Assembly (NCBI RefSeq): GCF_009914755.1
Contig: NC_060941.1
Source of the DNA: the human T2T-CHM13v2.0 reference genome, Homo sapiens
DNA: 64,000 nt
Reading direction: 5' to 3' (one strand)
The notes under the pieces were generated by a model that was not told where the DNA came from, did no database searches, and worked only from the letters and a program-made list of their open reading frames with translations. Each line of letters begins with the position of its first letter. The stretch's first letter is position 1. Both the position numbers and the translations under genes were made by a program. Shown in pieces: positions 58,582 through 64,000 of the stretch.

Positions 58582-59487
58582 TAACCTAGATTCCAGGTAA
58601 CTCAACTTTGTTCTTGGAATCCATTCTTCTAATATCCAGGATGTGGGCAACTTAAACAATTATAAACTATATTAGAAATAACAACATAAGACACATATTC
58701 CAACAAGAACGTTATAGAGCTGTAATATGTTTTTAATTATTAAGCAGAAAGGTCAAGTCTATGTTCAATAACAATACGTTCCTTGGGATCAAACAATATG
58801 TTCCTTGGGATCAAAAGTTGCATCTTTCATCATGCAGTCCTTGGGATTAACTGCTAAATAAATCACCCTTATCAGCTATTGTTTTACTGCAGAAGCTACT
58901 GCTAAAGGAAAAGACTTCATGATATTAACTCAAGAAAGTGCAAAATGCCTTATAAACAAGTGCACAATTTCCCTCCCAGGTTCCTGTATCTGGAAGGGCC
59001 CCCAAGATCTAGGTCTTAGCCCCAGCTGGTTACTAACTGGCTGGTGGCCATGGATTCTGAACCTCGGTTTCTCCACCTGTGAAATAAGGGGGTTTACCGG
59101 GATGGACTGACATGCTACAAAAACGTTATTTCGACTTCACTTTTATAGGAGTCCAGGGAAGCCTGCACCAGCCAGCTAGCTCCAAAACCAGGATGGGCGG
59201 GAAATCCCCGCAACGAGATGCAGCCCAGAAAAGCTAAAGGAATATTCAGAGATTTGGCGTAAGTCCTCAGCTCTCCAGCGGACCACCTGGTCTCCTTCCC
59301 GGGCCACCCTTGCAAGGACCAAGTGTGGCGGGATGTGGCTGAGCCCCCTCAGTAAAGGAAAGGTCTCGCTGCCCCTCCCCTCATCCCGAAAGGCCACCAG
59401 CGGCAATGCGAAGTGATTGCCTGCTCTCCGGAAGCCCGGCCTCCCCGAAGGTCCCTCCACGCACCGCCGCCCTCACCCGGGACTCAC

Positions 59488-59504
59488 CAGGGGTCCGGTG
59501 CCAT
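59488..59504 (-). CDS. STX8: Syntaxin-8 coding exon 1 (MAPDP + first 2 nt of W)
   Basis: Minus strand reads ATG GCA CCG GAC CCC TG|GTGAGT, a canonical U2 donor. Matches the recalled STX8 N-terminus MAPDPW and splices in frame to exon 2. Confidence 0.97.
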
Positions 59505-60304
59505 CCTGCAGACTCCGCCCGCCGCTCGGACTCTTCCTGCTCTTAGCAGCTGACTACGGCGGCCCGCGCGGCTCACTCCCCGCAGTTCGTCCCGTGCGCG
59601 ACCGGAGCCTGGAGTTTGCAAAGTGAGTAGCTAGGGCCTCAGAACTATAATCAGAGAAAGCAAAGCGCTCCCCTGCGGACAGTACACTGGAGCAATCTAC
59701 TCCCACCAAGAGACGCGAACTGCTAAGCTCAGTTAAAATTGTTAAATAGAAACAAAGCATTTTCCCAGGAAGGTGGGAGCGCTGCAAGACCTCTCTGTAG
59801 CAGTTACTTAAAAATTTATCCTGCTTCAAAAACAAAACAATAAACAAAACACTAGATTGCGGTGAGACTTGCACGCTGCGTAAACTCACTACAACCTACT
59901 TTAAGTTAACTTTATGATATGTAAATTATACCTCAACGCTTTTTAAAAAATCTTTAAAATTTTTTTCACACTGCTCCAAACAGGGGCCCAAAGAAGTATC
60001 AATTATATATATTTTTTATAGCAGCCTTCCTATCAGTCCTGTACGCCTGATTACATATTTTTTAAATGCCATTCATTCGGTGCTTGATTTTAGAGTTACT
60101 AAGAAGTCACAGACTCTACACAAGGGGATGGAGGAATTAGTTCTGCGCAGTTAGTGCCATCCCCTAAATTTCCAGAGAAATAGCACAAAAAAAAAGAAGA
60201 GGAGTCCCACCCCATCTCTCTTCCAGTCCCCATACCCCTTCATTTCCAAGAATGCTAATGAACTCGAACTCGGCAGGCTGGGTTTCTGCGCGGGCGTGGA
60301 GCTG

Positions 60305-60318
60305 GAGCGCATGCGCTC
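60305..60318. promoter_or_regulatory. NRF1-type palindrome GAGCGCATGCGCTC
   Basis: Perfect 14-bp palindrome containing the GCGCATGCGC core, about 75 bp upstream of the CFAP52 ATG. Confidence 0.7.
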
Positions 60319-60322
60319 GTCC

Positions 60323-60336
60323 GTTACCATAACGAC
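60323..60336. promoter_or_regulatory. RFX X-box-like motif GTTACCATAACGAC
   Basis: One strong half-site (GTTACC/GGTAAC), an AT spacer and a weaker second half. Proximal X-boxes are typical of ciliary genes. Confidence 0.6.
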
Positions 60337-60391
60337 CAGAAGACGCTGCAGCCACTAGGGAGGAGAGCAAAGTAATCAGAACCTCCCAAGG

Positions 60392-60461
60392 ATGGATAAC
60401 AAAATTTCGCCGGAGGCCCAAGTGGCGGAGCTGGAACTTGACGCCGTGATCGGCTTCAATG
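60392..60461 (+). CDS. CFAP52: Cilia- and flagella-associated protein 52 (WDR16) coding exon 1 (MDNKISPEAQVAELELDAVIGFN + G)
   Basis: ATG at 60392 in a good context (AGGATGG), recognisable CFAP52 N-terminus, G|GTGAGG donor at 60462. The ORF-track read-through beyond FNG is intronic. Confidence 0.93.
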
Positions 60462-61505
60462 GTGAGGCCTCCAGCATCTTTGGGCTGGCTGGTTTAGGAA
60501 TTCGGAGGACGTGTAGTGCAAACAGGAATAGTGAGACACCGGGGACACCTGAAAGGCAGTGTGGGACAACGGCAGGAGCCCTGGCCAGGGACACGCACAG
60601 GAGGACCCGCACAGCCTGACCTGCCCCAAGGCCTTGGAGAGTCACTTCCTCGATCCAAGCCTCAGGGAGTGAGATGGTTTTTACCAGCTCGGACAAGCGC
60701 CAGCACCTAAAAGGGACCAAATGCCTCTTCCCCAGGCGGGCCGGATGAGTACGGGTGGTTGTAACCCTTCTCCCACTAGGTCAGCCCTTCCTGGCTCTGA
60801 ACCCCACGCCGCTCGCAAAGCCCTAGGCTCCTTCGTAACCACACAGAAGGATGCTGTCTGTGTCGGCCCCTGGGACCAGCTAGGAAATCTGCTAAAATCC
60901 CAACTGGCGTACCAGTGAGAAAGGGCTGGGAGGGAACGTGTGTTTGAGCAACCCCCTGAGGGGATGTTGTTGGTCCTCTAATCCTAAGGAAGGTTTCTAA
61001 ATGATGAGGATTTCAGACCAGGACAGAAGGGGAAGGGGACGCCAGGGGGAGCTAAAGCGGAGAGAAAAAGGGACTGGGCCGCTCCGCTGAAATCTTATTT
61101 GTGACTGCCTATTGTTTTGAAGATTCTGGGAAGAAAAAGCTGTGGGGTTTTATTGTTCGTTTTGAGGGGTTTTGGTTTTTTGAGGGATGAGAAAACAATG
61201 AATTAGATTTTAGGAGAAGCAAAACTTTTCAAAAATGTGTGTTGTGATGCCTGAAAGCTTTAAGAATGTGGATGCAGAACAATCACTGTCTAAAGTTTTA
61301 AGCATACTCTAGGACTTAGCTCTTGACTCTTGGTTTAACTTTAACAGTCTCCAATAGAAAGTGAGTGCTTTATACATTTCGGATATCAGATATCTTGAGA
61401 GTTGGTTACAAGATCATTGAGAAACAATTGAGCAGCCTACAGTGGGTTGCATAATGTCACTTGTTGAGCCAATGTAGAACCACACACATAGAGCTCTGCA
61501 ACTGA

Positions 61506-62835
<1,330 letters not shown>

Positions 62836-63270
62836 AAAGTGATTGAGTTTTCTGTATTTTGTCTTCACTGAAAAATGTTTATTTTAAAAAGCTATACTAG
62901 CTCTAAAAAAAAGAGGGAGAGAGAGAAAAGACAGAACTTTCATAAGGCTCGGGAGAGAAGATTTTGACTAGGAGTCAGCGGGTAAAGATTGAAGGCAGAA
63001 TATTTCGGGTTACAGCAATAGCGGGGGGCAGAGGAGGAAAAGTGGAGAGTGCAGGGCCTGGTTGCAGAACGGCAAATAGCTTGGGGTGGCTTCAGTATCA
63101 GGGACTGGCAGGATAACACAGGAAAGAGAAGCTGGAATTAGATTTCAGAGGCCTTAAATGCCAAGTGATTGAGTTTAGATTTCAGATGGAAACAAATTAG
63201 AAACAAAAGCAAGGCCCCTTTTTTCACTGCAACACTGAAACTCACTATAGTGTTACATTATTCAACTTGA

Positions 63271-63564
<294 letters not shown>

Positions 63565-63812
63565 TAAACTTGAATTTTAACTTTATGGTATCAATATGTA
63601 ACTGTACTTGACACTTGTAGGTATTGCATTTTGGCAGGAATTAATTATTTAAGCAAACCAAATATACTTGTGTTAAAAACATTTAATAAAGTTATAGTTA
63701 TTAAGGGTTTGGTCACATTCATCCATTGACTGGAGTAGGTAGCCCATGATTTTCCTATTATGGTATACAAAGAGTTCTTGTAAACTAAAAACAGCAACAA
63801 CAACAAAATAGA

Positions 63813-64000
63813 TCAGGAGTCTACAAACTATAGCCCATGGGCCAAATCTGGCCCACTGCCTGTTTTTGTAAATAAAGTTTTATTGGAATGTAGCTATGCC
63901 CATTTGTTTATGTATTGTCTATGGCTGCTTTTATACCACACTAGCAGAGATGAGTAGTCTCAAGAGACCATATTGCCCACAAAGCCTAAAATATTTACTC
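63813..64000 (+). mobile_element. MER58A-like hAT transposon (runs off the window)
   Basis: caaacta.agccc.tgggccaaatctggcccactgcctgtttttgtaaataaagttttattggaa motif. Confidence 0.85.

Larger units (their letters stand above)
59150..60860. promoter_or_regulatory. Bidirectional STX8/CFAP52 promoter region with two CpG-rich lobes (about 59150-59720 and 60270-60860)
   Basis: Divergent ATGs at 59504(-) and 60392(+). CpG/GC enrichment around both first exons, with an AT-rich spacer at about 59730-60200. Confidence 0.85.

Noticed and set aside
60462-60619. Continuation of ORF 60392-60619 beyond FNG
   Set aside because: It is read-through past the GTGAGG donor into CFAP52 intron 1.
59176-60918. Several GC-rich ORFs around the promoter (59176-59460, 59417-59626, 59554-59889, 60376-60720, 60721-60918)
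   Set aside because: Stop-poor frames are expected in CpG-rich DNA and none shows recognisable homology.

Overview
Human (primate) genomic DNA, not prokaryotic. It holds the 5' part of STX8 (syntaxin-8) on the minus strand: coding exons 1-4 at 59488-59504, 52073-52172, 41127-41221 and 28845-28955 splice in frame to [107 protein letters not shown](R). STX8 lies head-to-head with coding exon 1 of CFAP52/WDR16 (plus strand, 60392-60461) across a CpG-rich bidirectional promoter, with 888 bp between the two ATGs. From recall this pair maps to 17p13.1. The rest is intron, dense in repeats: about 50 Alus, L1, L2, MIR, MLT1 and MER4-group LTRs, and MER DNA transposons. Almost all ORFs in the supplied track are repeat artefacts. 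I see no new multi-gene system. The most interesting signals are: (1) STX8 intron 3 is a 12.2-kb U12-type (minor spliceosome) GT-AG intron with a sub-optimal 5' site; (2) inside it is a compact orphan promoter-like module (ZNF143/THAP11 motif, CCAAT, NRF1-like motifs and a 13-bp inverted repeat of ETS sites) about 1.1 kb upstream of exon 4; (3) inverted Alus bracket exon 4; (4) a near-consensus AluYb8 sits in register inside an old AluJ; (5) there are several templated or duplicated micro-rearrangements. Repeat subfamily names come from recalled consensus features and repeat boundaries are approximate.
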